This document shows positions 1 through 8,802 of a stretch of 64,000 nucleotides of DNA, piece after piece. Within the stretch, counting starts at the first letter, position 1, and every line of letters begins with the position of its first letter. Both the position numbers and the translations under genes were made by a program. Source of the DNA: Candidatus Woesearchaeota archaeon (GTDB lineage Archaea; Nanobdellota; Nanobdellia; Woesearchaeales; SKIA01); the NCBI GenBank assembly GCA_046704725.1, contig JBJKRI010000004.1, positions 86,091 to 150,090 on the forward strand, read 5' to 3'. The notes under the pieces were generated by a model that did no database searches, had not been told where the DNA came from, and was given only the letters and a program-made list of their open reading frames with translations.

Positions 1-1
1 C

Positions 2-2338
2 TACACGCGTATCGGGCTATCAGCGACGGTCGCTCCCCTCGAGGACGTGGCGGAGTACCTCGTCGGGCTTGAGGGCGGCGATCCCCGACCGTGCGACGTC
101 GTGGACGTGAACTATGAGAAAGACTTGGACATCGAGGTCCTCAGTCCTGTGGACAATCTCATCGCGACCACGCACGCCCAACTGCTGGACAAGCAATACG
201 CGTTGCTCGACCGGCTCGTGCAGGAGCACCGCACCACGATCATCTTCACGAACACGCGCGCCGCGACAGAACGTGTCGTCCACCAACTGAAGAGACGATA
301 CCCATCGCACTACACCGACACCCTCGCGACCGTGGATGATGCGAGCGACGAGAGCGGGGATATCCGCACGACCATCGCCGCGCATCACGGCAGCCTCAGC
401 AAGGAACACCGACTGGCCGTGGAGGAGCAGCTGCGTCGCGGACAACTGCGCTGCGTCGTGTCGAGCACGTCCCTCGAGCTGGGGATCGATATCGGCTTCG
501 TGGACCTGGTCATACTGCTCGGCAGCCCGAAGAGCGTCGCGCGAGCCCTCCAACGCATCGGCCGTTCCGGTCACCGAATCCACGACACGGCGAAAGGGCG
601 CATCGTCGTCCTCGACAGGGACGACCTCGTGGAGTGCAGCGTGCTGGCGCGCGAAGCGCTCAACAGGCACATCGATCGTATCCACATCCCTGAAGGGGCG
701 CTCGACGTGCTCAGCCAGGAAATCTACGGCATCGCGATACAGCGACGCATCAGCATCCAGGAGCTGTATTCCCTCGTGACCGGCGCGTACCCGTACCGCC
801 ACCTCTCCCGGACCGACCTGCTGTCGGTGATCCGGTATCTCGCAGGAGAGTTCGCCGCGCTCGAGGAGCGCCATGTGTACGCGAAGATCTGGTACGATGA
901 GAACGAGGGGATGATCGGTCGGAAAGGACGCCTCGCGCGCATGCTCTACAGCACGAACGTGGGCACGATCCCCGACCAGACGGATGTCGTTGTCAAGCTC
1001 GGCGGCGTGCCCATCGGCAGTATCAGCGAGCCATTCCTGGAGAGCCTCAAGACCGGAGATGTATTCGTCCTGGGAGGAGAGGCCTATCAGTTCCGATACA
1101 GCAGAGGAATGACGGCCCAAGTCACTGTGGCCGACGGTCGCCGTCCAACAGTGCCCTCGTGGTTCTCGCAGATGCTCCCCTTGTCGTACGACCTGTCGAT
1201 AGCGGTGCAGGAGTTCCGCGGCCACCTCGAGGAGCTTTTTCGTCAGGACGCTGCAGACGACCGGGCCCTCGCATGGATACAGAGCTTCGTCCCCGTGGAC
1301 GATAACGCGGCCAAGAGCATCCTGGAGTACGCGCGCCAACAATACTTGTACGCGCGCATCCCCACACGGCACCGGCTGGTCGTCGAGCATTTCTCCGACC
1401 ACAACACCAAGTACGCCATATTCCACTCCTTGTACGGCAGGCGCGTCAACGACGTGCTCTCTCGCGCTCTGGGATACGCCTTGGGAAGAATCGGGGCTGG
1501 CGATGTGGAGATCGGGCTGTCCGACAATGGCTTCTACCTGCGCTACAAGCGAGCCGTCCCGGTCATGCGGGGCTTCCGTCTGCTCCATGCGTCAGAATTG
1601 CGGGATGTCATGGAGCGGGCGCTCGAGCGCACGGAGGTCTTGCTGCGGCGCTTCCGGCACTGCGCGGGACGGAGCCTGATGATCCTGCGGAGCTACAAGG
1701 GGAACCGGAAGACCGTGGGCAGGCAACAAGTGTCCTCGAGACTGCTCATGGCTGCGGTCCGTCGCCTCAAGGAGGACTTCCCGATCCTGCGCGAGGCGCG
1801 TCGGGAGGTCCTTGAGGATCTCATGGATGTCGAGCACGCACGCGAAGTCCTCGCGATGATCGAGGAGCGCAACGTGCAGGTGGAGGAGATCACCACGGAT
1901 GTCCCTTCGCCCTTCGCTTTCTCTCTCGTGCTCCAGGGATACGCGGACGTGATGCGCATGGAGGAGCGTCAGGAGTTCCTCCGTCGCCTGCACAGGGAGG
2001 TCCTCGCGAAGATGAGCCTGAGCAAGACCGCGGCGCAGCTCGCATCCGTGACGCGCCCAGAGGATTTCAGCTATGAGGAGGAATGGGAGCAGCACGAGAC
2101 TCCGACACCTGACGAGGAGCGTGACACGCTCAAGCAATCACTCTACGAGGCGGCGCAGCGAGAGGACGTTCCCGCGCAGTACGTGTACGAGCTCCAACGC
2201 GTGATCGAAGGCGACCGAGATGGTTTCCCGGAACATTTCGTGCTCTGGCTGGACGGACTCTTGTCGAAGGACAGCGATTGGCCGGATAGGCTTCTCACAT
2301 TCTTACGGGCGGCGGCGCCGGACCTCAATTGGCGTTGA
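2..2338 (+). CDS. lhr: Lhr-like ATP-dependent SF2 helicase, 5'-truncated by window edge
   Basis: Frame is open from base 2 (YTRIGLSATVAP, motif III). Further motifs IIFTNTR, AHHGSLS, SSTSLELGIDIG, QRIGRSGH, and Lhr-type C-terminal GTIPD and RRFRHCAGRSLMILR. Confidence 0.9.
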   Translation, partial: YTRIGLSATVAPLEDVAEYLVGLEGGDPRPCDVVDVNYEKDLDIEVLSPVDNLIATTHAQLLDKQYALLDRLVQEHRTTIIFTNTRAATERVVHQLKRRYPSHYTDTLATVDDASDESGDIRTTIAAHHGSLSKEHRLAVEEQLRRGQLRCVVSSTSLELGIDIGFVDLVILLGSPKSVARALQRIGRSGHRIHDTAKGRIVVLDRDDLVECSVLAREALNRHIDRIHIPEGALDVLSQEIYGIAIQRRISIQELYSLVTGAYPYRHLSRTDLLSVIRYLAGEFAALEERHVYAKIWYDENEGMIGRKGRLARMLYSTNVGTIPDQTDVVVKLGGVPIGSISEPFLESLKTGDVFVLGGEAYQFRYSRGMTAQVTVADGRRPTVPSWFSQMLPLSYDLSIAVQEFRGHLEELFRQDAADDRALAWIQSFVPVDDNAAKSILEYARQQYLYARIPTRHRLVVEHFSDHNTKYAIFHSLYGRRVNDVLSRALGYALGRIGAGDVEIGLSDNGFYLRYKRAVPVMRGFRLLHASELRDVMERALERTEVLLRRFRHCAGRSLMILRSYKGNRKTVGRQQVSSRLLMAAVRRLKEDFPILREARREVLEDLMDVEHAREVLAMIEERNVQVEEITTDVPSPFAFSLVLQGYADVMRMEERQEFLRRLHREVLAKMSLSKTAAQLASVTRPEDFSYEEEWEQHETPTPDEERDTLKQSLYEAAQREDVPAQYVYELQRVIEGDRDGFPEHFVLWLDGLLSKDSDWPDRLLTFLRAAAPDLNWR

Positions 2339-2483
2339 CGCGCTTGAGGAATCGCGTGTACAAGAACAAAGCGAAGGCGAATATCCAGAACACCCACCAG
2401 GATATCCTTCCGAGTATCGCTCCGGTCACGCAGGCGATGAGCAGGACAGCGAGGACAGCAGCGATGATCGGTTGCGCCTTCAT
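2325..2483 (-). CDS. small hydrophobic membrane protein (52 aa), not in ORF track
   Basis: Manual translation MKAQPIIAAVLAVLLIACVTGAILGRISWWVFWIFAFALFLYTRFLKRVNAN; ATGA overlap with the upstream gene stop. Confidence 0.65.
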   Translation of the reverse strand: MKAQPIIAAVLAVLLIACVTGAILGRISWWVFWIFAFALFLYTRFLKRVNAN

Positions 2484-2731
2484 CCGACGAAGGCCACGTG
2501 TGTGAGGTGGAGGATGAGCACGAGGATGAAACCGACGATGCCTCCGATGGCCGTGATGAGGACCGACCAGACGTTTATCGTGAGCGTCGGGAGCACGAGC
2601 TTGGCCGCGAAAAGCGCGAAAAAGCCGATGACGCTGTTGACGGCGAGGATGAGGATCTTCTTGAGGACGAACGCGATGATGAGAACGATGATGAGCAAGA
2701 CAACGATGAGCCCGATCTCAAGGAATGCCAT
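2480..2731 (-). CDS. pro-sigmaK processing inhibitor BofA-family membrane protein
   Basis: 83 aa, three hydrophobic segments, pattern NSVIG...IN..SVLITAIGGIVG; TTTAAA upstream. Confidence 0.7.
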   Translation of the reverse strand: MAFLEIGLIVVLLIIVLIIAFVLKKILILAVNSVIGFFALFAAKLVLPTLTINVWSVLITAIGGIVGFILVLILHLTHVAFVG

Positions 2732-2762
2732 ACAGAGGGTAAGGATGAACCTCCTTTAAAGC

Positions 2763-3158
2763 TTATCCGAGGTTCATCAGCCAGATCGCGTTGCGCAGGA
2801 GAACGCCGAGCACCTCTTGCTCGCCCGGCTGCAATCCCTTCGTAAAATCATCGGCACGCAAAACGACGGCGTTCTGCTGCCGGGAGACCCAGATCTTCGT
2901 GGATTCCCCTTGGAAGCTGTGGAAGAAGGAAGCCTCGTCGGTCGCCCCCGAGAGGACGCGCAGGATCTCACCGAGCTCCACATCAGCGAACTTCACATTC
3001 TTCCAGACCCATGCGCCTTCGCTCTTGCGGCCCCACTTAAGGAAGGCCGCGTCCTTGCGCACCTGCACGGTGATACAGTTGTCCTTGCCGAAGAAGGCCT
3101 TATCAAGCAGCAGCGGCGGTGCGGAGACCGTTGCTTGGGGAGTGGTTGCGGCGTCCAT
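2763..3158 (-). CDS. hypothetical protein (131 aa)
   Basis: Globular-looking ORF starting MDAATTP about 25 nt downstream of TTATAT; no recognised family. Confidence 0.7.
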   Translation of the reverse strand: MDAATTPQATVSAPPLLLDKAFFGKDNCITVQVRKDAAFLKWGRKSEGAWVWKNVKFADVELGEILRVLSGATDEASFFHSFQGESTKIWVSRQQNAVVLRADDFTKGLQPGEQEVLGVLLRNAIWLMNLG

Positions 3159-3252
3159 GCCCGAGATATACAAAGACAGCATATAAAGGACGTCTCCATG
3201 CGTGTCCAGTGGCAAGACAGCTTTAATAAGCATGTCCCACCCCGCGAGAAGC

Positions 3253-4707
3253 ATGGAGGAGAAGATAAAGGCGGACAGGGAGAAGAAGCTCGCGTCCCTC
3301 GAGAAACAGAGCATCAACGCCTACCCGTACTCGTACGACGTCACCATGAGCACGGCCGCCATACGCAAGGAATACGCGGGTGCCAGCCACGTCCCGAGCG
3401 AGAAGAAAGTACGAGTCGCGGGGCGTATCATGCTCTGGCGCCCGATGGGGAAACTCACTTTCGCGCAGATCCAGGACCGCTCCGGACGCATCCAGGTGCT
3501 CAGCAGCGAGAAGGACACCGCGGACTATGATCTGCTGTCGGATCTCGAGATGGGCGATATCATCGGCGTGGAAGGACCGGTCTTCCGGACGAAGACCGAT
3601 GAGCTCACCGTCAAGGCCGAACGCGTGACAGTCCTGTCGAAGGCGATCGCTCCGATGCCGGAGAAGTTCCACGGCGTGCAAGAAACGGAGCTGCGCTACC
3701 GAAAGCGATACCTGGATCTGCTCTACAACGAGAAGAGCAAGAACGTGTTCATCGCCCGCACGAAGATCGTCTCCGAGATACGCGCGTTCCTGGACGGCCA
3801 GGGATTCCTCGAGGTAGAAACGCCCATCCTCCAACAAGTCTATGGCGGAGCGAACGCCAAGCCGTTCACCACGCACCACAACACCCTGGACATGCAGCTC
3901 TACTTGCGCATCAGCGACGAACTGTATCTCAAACGGCTCATCATCGGAGGCCTGGAACGCGTCTACGAGATATGCAGGAACTTCCGCAACGAGGGCATCG
4001 ACACGACGCACAACCCAGAGTTCAGCATGGTGGAATGGTACCAAGCGTACGCGGACTACAACACCATGATGGCAGAGACCGAAGAGCTCCTCGGACGCAT
4101 CGCGAAAAAACTCCATGGCAAGCAGCAGATCCGCTTCGGGGAGCACACCATCAATCTCAAGCCGCCGTTCCGTCGACTGACGATGCTCGACGCGCTGAAA
4201 GAGTACGCAAAGATTGACGCCGACAGCATGGACGAGAAAGAGATACTCGCGGAATGCGAGAAACGCCACGTGAAAGTCGCGCAACGGACCTGGGGACACG
4301 CGGTGCAGGCATTGTTCGACGAGCTCGTGGAGGACAAGCTCGTCCAACCCACATTCATCATCGACTATCCATGGGAGGTGAGCCCGCTCACCAAGAAACA
4401 CCGAAAGGATCCACGGCTCGTGGAACGATTCGAGCTGTTCATCAGCGGCTGGGAGATCGCGAACGCGTACAGCGAACTCACCGACCCGCGCGACCAGCGC
4501 AAACGCTTCGAGCAGCAGGTCGCCGAGCGCGAGCACGGAGACGAGGAAGCGCACCCGATGGACGAGGACTTCATCGAAGCGATGGAGTACGGCATGCCCC
4601 CCACAGGCGGCATCGGCATCGGCATCGACCGGCTCGTCATGCTCATGACCGGCACAGAGAGCATCCGCGACGTCATCTTGTTCCCCACGCTGCGCGAGGA
4701 GAAATGA
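3253..4707 (+). CDS. lysS: lysyl-tRNA synthetase, class II
   Basis: N-terminal OB-fold (VAGRI..R.MGK..F), RYRKRYLDL, FLEVETP, FRNEGIDTTHNPEF, EYGMPPTGGIGIGIDRLVM. Confidence 0.97.
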   Translation: MEEKIKADREKKLASLEKQSINAYPYSYDVTMSTAAIRKEYAGASHVPSEKKVRVAGRIMLWRPMGKLTFAQIQDRSGRIQVLSSEKDTADYDLLSDLEMGDIIGVEGPVFRTKTDELTVKAERVTVLSKAIAPMPEKFHGVQETELRYRKRYLDLLYNEKSKNVFIARTKIVSEIRAFLDGQGFLEVETPILQQVYGGANAKPFTTHHNTLDMQLYLRISDELYLKRLIIGGLERVYEICRNFRNEGIDTTHNPEFSMVEWYQAYADYNTMMAETEELLGRIAKKLHGKQQIRFGEHTINLKPPFRRLTMLDALKEYAKIDADSMDEKEILAECEKRHVKVAQRTWGHAVQALFDELVEDKLVQPTFIIDYPWEVSPLTKKHRKDPRLVERFELFISGWEIANAYSELTDPRDQRKRFEQQVAEREHGDEEAHPMDEDFIEAMEYGMPPTGGIGIGIDRLVMLMTGTESIRDVILFPTLREEK

Positions 4708-5096
4708 AAGGAACGCTGCACACGGACGGAGCGTGCTTCGGCAATCCCGGACCCATGGGCCTTGGGATCGTGCTGGAATACGACGGGAAGACCGTCGAGA
4801 AGAGCGTGCCGCACGGCGACGGCACGAACAACATCGCCGAATACAGCGCCCTCATCAAAGGGATGCAGCTCGCGAAGGAGAAGGGCGTTTCCGAACTGGA
4901 AGCGTACATGGACTCCGAGCTCGTCGTCCGACAGGTGAACGGCGAGTGGCGCGTCAAGGACGCGACGCTGCAAGAACTGCACGCGACCGTGCAACGATTG
5001 CGCAAGGACTTCGACTCTTTCTCTCTGAATCACGTGCGCCGCGAGAGGAACGCCCGCGCGGACGCATTGAGTAAGGCCGCAGCGATGCGGAACTAA
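4704..5096 (+). CDS. rnhA: ribonuclease HI family protein
   Basis: TDGACFGNPG, TNNIAEYSAL, DSELVVRQVNG, HVRRERNARADAL; ATGA overlap with lysS. Confidence 0.92.
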   Translation: MKGTLHTDGACFGNPGPMGLGIVLEYDGKTVEKSVPHGDGTNNIAEYSALIKGMQLAKEKGVSELEAYMDSELVVRQVNGEWRVKDATLQELHATVQRLRKDFDSFSLNHVRRERNARADALSKAAAMRN

Positions 5097-5133
5097 GCAC
5101 AACAGATATATTGCTGTAGATGAGAATCTGTAA

Positions 5134-5568
5134 GTGGATGATGACGAAAGATTCATGCGGATGGCTCTGAAAGAAGCCGAACAAAGCGCGTACCCTTATG
5201 GGGCTGTCCTTGTCGCGGATGGAAATGTCATCGCGAAAGCCGGTTCAGGAGGGGAATTCGATCCTACTGCGCACGCAGAGATGAATGTCATCCGCGCGGC
5301 ATGCAGAAAAGCACGAAGCAATACTCTCCCGAACACCGTACTGTACGCTACATGCGAGCCGTGCGCCATGTGTTTCGAAGCCACGTGGCTAGCAGGCATA
5401 TCCAGAATTGTCTATGGAATGTCCATCAAGGATTCCGCACAGGCGTTCCCGGAGATCCAGATATCCGCTAGACGTTTGAACGTGCTCGGGGGAGAACGGC
5501 TACTGATCGAATCCGGAGTCCTCGCTGACGAGATTCTGGCAATATTCAAACAACGAACAGACAACTAG
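5134..5568 (+). CDS. Zn-dependent nucleoside/nucleobase deaminase (TadA/guanine deaminase-like)
   Basis: PYGAV, DPTAHAE, TCEPCAMC motifs. Confidence 0.88.
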   Translation: MDDDERFMRMALKEAEQSAYPYGAVLVADGNVIAKAGSGGEFDPTAHAEMNVIRAACRKARSNTLPNTVLYATCEPCAMCFEATWLAGISRIVYGMSIKDSAQAFPEIQISARRLNVLGGERLLIESGVLADEILAIFKQRTDN

Positions 5569-6443
5569 TGGCGCAGAGCGTCGTAGGCCTCGTAGAAAGC
5601 GTCGAAGACCTCCATGTCCGTCGTGACGGACACGAAATGATGGTGCAATTGGTCGCACACGTTGCGGATCTCGGCGATGTGCTGGTCGAGCATGCCCTGA
5701 TAGGTGTGGCTGACACGACGCGTCACGTACGTCCGCAGTTCGGTGCCCTCCTCGCTGTCGCGCAGGACGTAATCACCCTCCATGGCGAAGGACCGCTCGA
5801 TGGGATCGAGCACCTGCACGCACAGCACATCAGAGTGGCGGAAGCGCGAGAGGGTCTCGCGGATCTCGTCCACGCTGTACAGGAAGTCGGACAGCAAGAT
5901 GATGACGGACTTGTGGGTGATGAGGTTCTTGGCGCTCTCGAGGGATTCTGTGAAACGGCTCTTCCCCTTCACATCCACGTGGCGCAACGAATCCATGAGC
6001 AGCACCAATTGCTTGCGTCCTTTGCGCGCCCGCACGGGCTTGAGGGACTCGGCAAAGGTGGAGAACTCGAACTTCTCGTTGTCCTTGAGCGCAAGATACG
6101 CGAAACCAATACCCAAGAGCACGGCGAAATCGAACTTGCGGGGATCGCCGAAATCCATGCTCGCCGAAGCGTCCACGATGCAGTGCACCGTCGCGTTGCG
6201 CTCCTCCTCGAAACGGCGCACGTAGAACTTCCCCGTCCGGCCGTAGATGCGCCAGTCGATGTTACGGAAATCGTCTCCAGGGACATAATCCTTGTAGTCC
6301 TTGAAGGTCAGTCCGGAGCCCGCGAAAGACGACTCACGAGAGCCGTGGTACTTGCTCGATACGCGTCGCTTGAGCACGAGACGGAAACGGTCGAGCTGCC
6401 GGAGGAACTCGAGGCTCAGGTCCTTTCTCGCGGTCTTGGCCAT
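5565..6443 (-). CDS. DUF58 family protein (MoxR partner)
   Basis: GSGLTFKDYKDYVPGDDFRNIDW, FEEE, VDASASMDF, LSDF. Confidence 0.9.
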   Translation of the reverse strand: MAKTARKDLSLEFLRQLDRFRLVLKRRVSSKYHGSRESSFAGSGLTFKDYKDYVPGDDFRNIDWRIYGRTGKFYVRRFEEERNATVHCIVDASASMDFGDPRKFDFAVLLGIGFAYLALKDNEKFEFSTFAESLKPVRARKGRKQLVLLMDSLRHVDVKGKSRFTESLESAKNLITHKSVIILLSDFLYSVDEIRETLSRFRHSDVLCVQVLDPIERSFAMEGDYVLRDSEEGTELRTYVTRRVSHTYQGMLDQHIAEIRNVCDQLHHHFVSVTTDMEVFDAFYEAYDALRH

Positions 6444-6482
6444 GGGTTCGCACAGCGAAGGACGATATATAAGGACACCGGT

Positions 6483-7445
6483 CTAAGACGCCTTCTTGAG
6501 GAGTTCGCCGATAATGTCGTCGGGGCTCTTTCCCTCGCGCTCGGCAGCGAAGCTGAGCACGATGCGATGCCGCAGGACAGGATACGCCATGGCGTCCACG
6601 TCCTTGGAGGAGACGAACTTGCGGCCTTCGATGAGAGCGCGCGCCTTCGCCGCCAATGTGAGTCCGATGCTCGCGCGAGGCGACGCTCCGTACTCGATGA
6701 GCTCCGGAGAGGTCCTGGTCAACTGCACGAGATTGACGATGCGTTTCTTGATGTCGTCGGCGATCGGCACTTGGCGTGTGAGCTTCTGGAGGAGCTTGAC
6801 GCTGTTCTCCCCGAGCAGTGTGTTGACCGTCGGAGTATCCTTGGCCACCGTGTAGCGATCGATGATCTCGATCTCCTCCTGAGGGGATGGATACCCGACG
6901 AGGATCTTGAGCAGGAACCGGTCGGTCTGCGCCTCGGGAAGGGGATACGTGCCTTCCTGGTCTATCGGGTTCTGCGTGGCGAGCACGAAGAACGGCTCGT
7001 CGAGCTTGAAGGTCTGCGTACCGACAGTGACCTGCTTCTCCTGCATGGCCTCGAGCAGCGCCGCCTGCGTCTTGGGCGTCGCGCGGTTGATCTCATCGGC
7101 AAGCACGATGTTCGCGAAGATCGGGCCCTTCTGGAAGACGAAACGCTTCTTGCCCTCAGACTCCTCGATGATATAAGTCCCGGTGATGTCCGATGGCATG
7201 AGGTCAGGTGTGGACTGGATACGGCTGAACTCGAGGTCCATGATGTCCGCGATGGTCTTGATCATCGTGGTCTTTCCAAGGCCTGGATAGGATTCGAGCA
7301 ACGCGTTGCTGTCGCACAAGAGCGCGACGAGTATCTGCGTGATGACCTCGTCCTGGCCGACGATGACCTTCGCGGCCTCTTTGGCGACATTGCCGAAGGT
7401 GTCCTTGAGCTTCTCGAGATTCTTGACCTGGTCGAGCTGCGCCAT
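6483..7445 (-). CDS. moxR: MoxR family AAA+ ATPase
   Basis: IVGQ, PGLGKT, RIQSTPDLMPSDITG, LADEINRATPKTQAALLEAMQE, ATQNPIDQEGTYPLPEAQTDRF, GASPRA. Confidence 0.95.
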   Translation of the reverse strand: MAQLDQVKNLEKLKDTFGNVAKEAAKVIVGQDEVITQILVALLCDSNALLESYPGLGKTTMIKTIADIMDLEFSRIQSTPDLMPSDITGTYIIEESEGKKRFVFQKGPIFANIVLADEINRATPKTQAALLEAMQEKQVTVGTQTFKLDEPFFVLATQNPIDQEGTYPLPEAQTDRFLLKILVGYPSPQEEIEIIDRYTVAKDTPTVNTLLGENSVKLLQKLTRQVPIADDIKKRIVNLVQLTRTSPELIEYGASPRASIGLTLAAKARALIEGRKFVSSKDVDAMAYPVLRHRIVLSFAAEREGKSPDDIIGELLKKAS

Positions 7446-7482
7446 CGGTGGGCAGGTGCCACGCGGCCTTATAAAGATTGCT

Positions 7483-8301
7483 CTACTTGGCGCACGCGCC
7501 CTTCGTCTGGCAGGCGTAGTCATTGATGAGTTGGACGTCCTCGGCCGAATAGACGCCTCCGGTAGAAGCGGCAGCCGCTTGCGGGGTGATGTCCGACGGG
7601 TAGTTGTTGTAGGTGAATGTTTTGGACTGCGGGTTGCCGACTTGGTCAAAACTCACTTGGGAACCCCCCGAACGCACTTGGACATTGAGCTTGTCGTTGC
7701 CGAGATTAAGCATCTGCGCATCCCCATAAGTCAGGTTCGTCGTGTTGAGTTTGGTGGGCGCGAAGAAATCCTTGATGCCGGTCGTCGTCTGGTTGTTCAC
7801 GATGCTGCCGAGATTCACGTTCTGCAAGGGATTCGCCTGGATGAGGTACGGCGTGAAGCTGATGATCAGCGCAGGCATGAACGCGAGAAGAGCGATCGCG
7901 ATGAGCTTGGTCATGACGGTCTTCGGCTTGATGAGCACGCCCGTAGACACCGTGGAGAGCTTCCGTTGCAGCTCATAGAGCAATCCTTGCGCCATCAACG
8001 TGTTCTCTCGTTGGTATTCGTAGGCGGTGCGCAGGATTTCATGCACTTCGGGATTCCCCCTCTCAATCTCGACGAGCACCGCCTTGCGGAAGCCCCTTGC
8101 GGTGCGCCAGGCGAGCATCACGACGGCGACGGCCACAGAAGGCCAGAAACTCATGTTGAAAATGGTGAGCACGATATTGATGGCGAAGAACACGATCGCC
8201 GCGTTCATCAGCTCGTTGAGGAACACGGCCTTGGCAACCTCCCGTCGCAACTCACGGAAGAGCCGGCGGGGAGCGAAAGGACTACGGGTGCTGACAGGCA
8301 T
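7483..8301 (-). CDS. membrane protein of the MoxR/VWA cluster
   Basis: Three hydrophobic segments, IE..NP.....LRTA motif, polar C-terminus; operon position. Confidence 0.75.
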   Translation of the reverse strand: MPVSTRSPFAPRRLFRELRREVAKAVFLNELMNAAIVFFAINIVLTIFNMSFWPSVAVAVVMLAWRTARGFRKAVLVEIERGNPEVHEILRTAYEYQRENTLMAQGLLYELQRKLSTVSTGVLIKPKTVMTKLIAIALLAFMPALIISFTPYLIQANPLQNVNLGSIVNNQTTTGIKDFFAPTKLNTTNLTYGDAQMLNLGNDKLNVQVRSGGSQVSFDQVGNPQSKTFTYNNYPSDITPQAAAASTGGVYSAEDVQLINDYACQTKGACAK

Positions 8302-8761
8302 AAAGCTCCCCCTGTAACGTACTGACCTGGGACTGGAGACTGGTAACCGTCCTTCCCAGGGCCGCGATCTGTGACGCGTCCTTTTGCATCGTCGACTGGA
8401 GATTGAGGTTCTGTTGCTTTGCCGATGCCAGCTCCACGTTGAGCTTGGCTATCTCATCGTTCGCTTTGGACAGGTTCGACTGCGTGGTCGCCAGCTCATT
8501 CGTCTTCTGCTGGAACAAGCCGACCGTCTTGTTCACATCACCCTGATAGGCCTGGAGCTGGGTCTGGGTCTGGTTGAGCGAAGCGAGCGTACCGGCCAAG
8601 GTCTGGTTGCAGGTGGCCGACGACTTGGACGCATCGAGATACTGGTTGCCGAGGCTGCTGAGCCGCTGCTGATAGACGACGGACATGCCCGCGATGAGCA
8701 CGATACCGACGAGGATGATGAAGAGCAGGAACAGGTTCACCTGCTTTTTCATGAATGCCAT
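8282..8761 (-). CDS. membrane-anchored coiled-coil protein
   Basis: N-terminal TM helix followed by Q/L/T-rich heptad pattern. Confidence 0.75.
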   Translation of the reverse strand: MAFMKKQVNLFLLFIILVGIVLIAGMSVVYQQRLSSLGNQYLDASKSSATCNQTLAGTLASLNQTQTQLQAYQGDVNKTVGLFQQKTNELATTQSNLSKANDEIAKLNVELASAKQQNLNLQSTMQKDASQIAALGRTVTSLQSQVSTLQGELYACQHP

Positions 8762-8802
8762 GGACAGCCCTCCAGAACGAAACGACGCTTAAAAACCATT
8801 CG

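Noticed and set aside
4254-4703. Long N-terminal extensions in the ORF track (rnhA, moxR, kae1, FKBP, aminopeptidase, HAD phosphatase)
   Set aside because: They overlap neighbouring genes; internal ATGs near TATA-like boxes or stop-start overlaps fit the family N-termini better.
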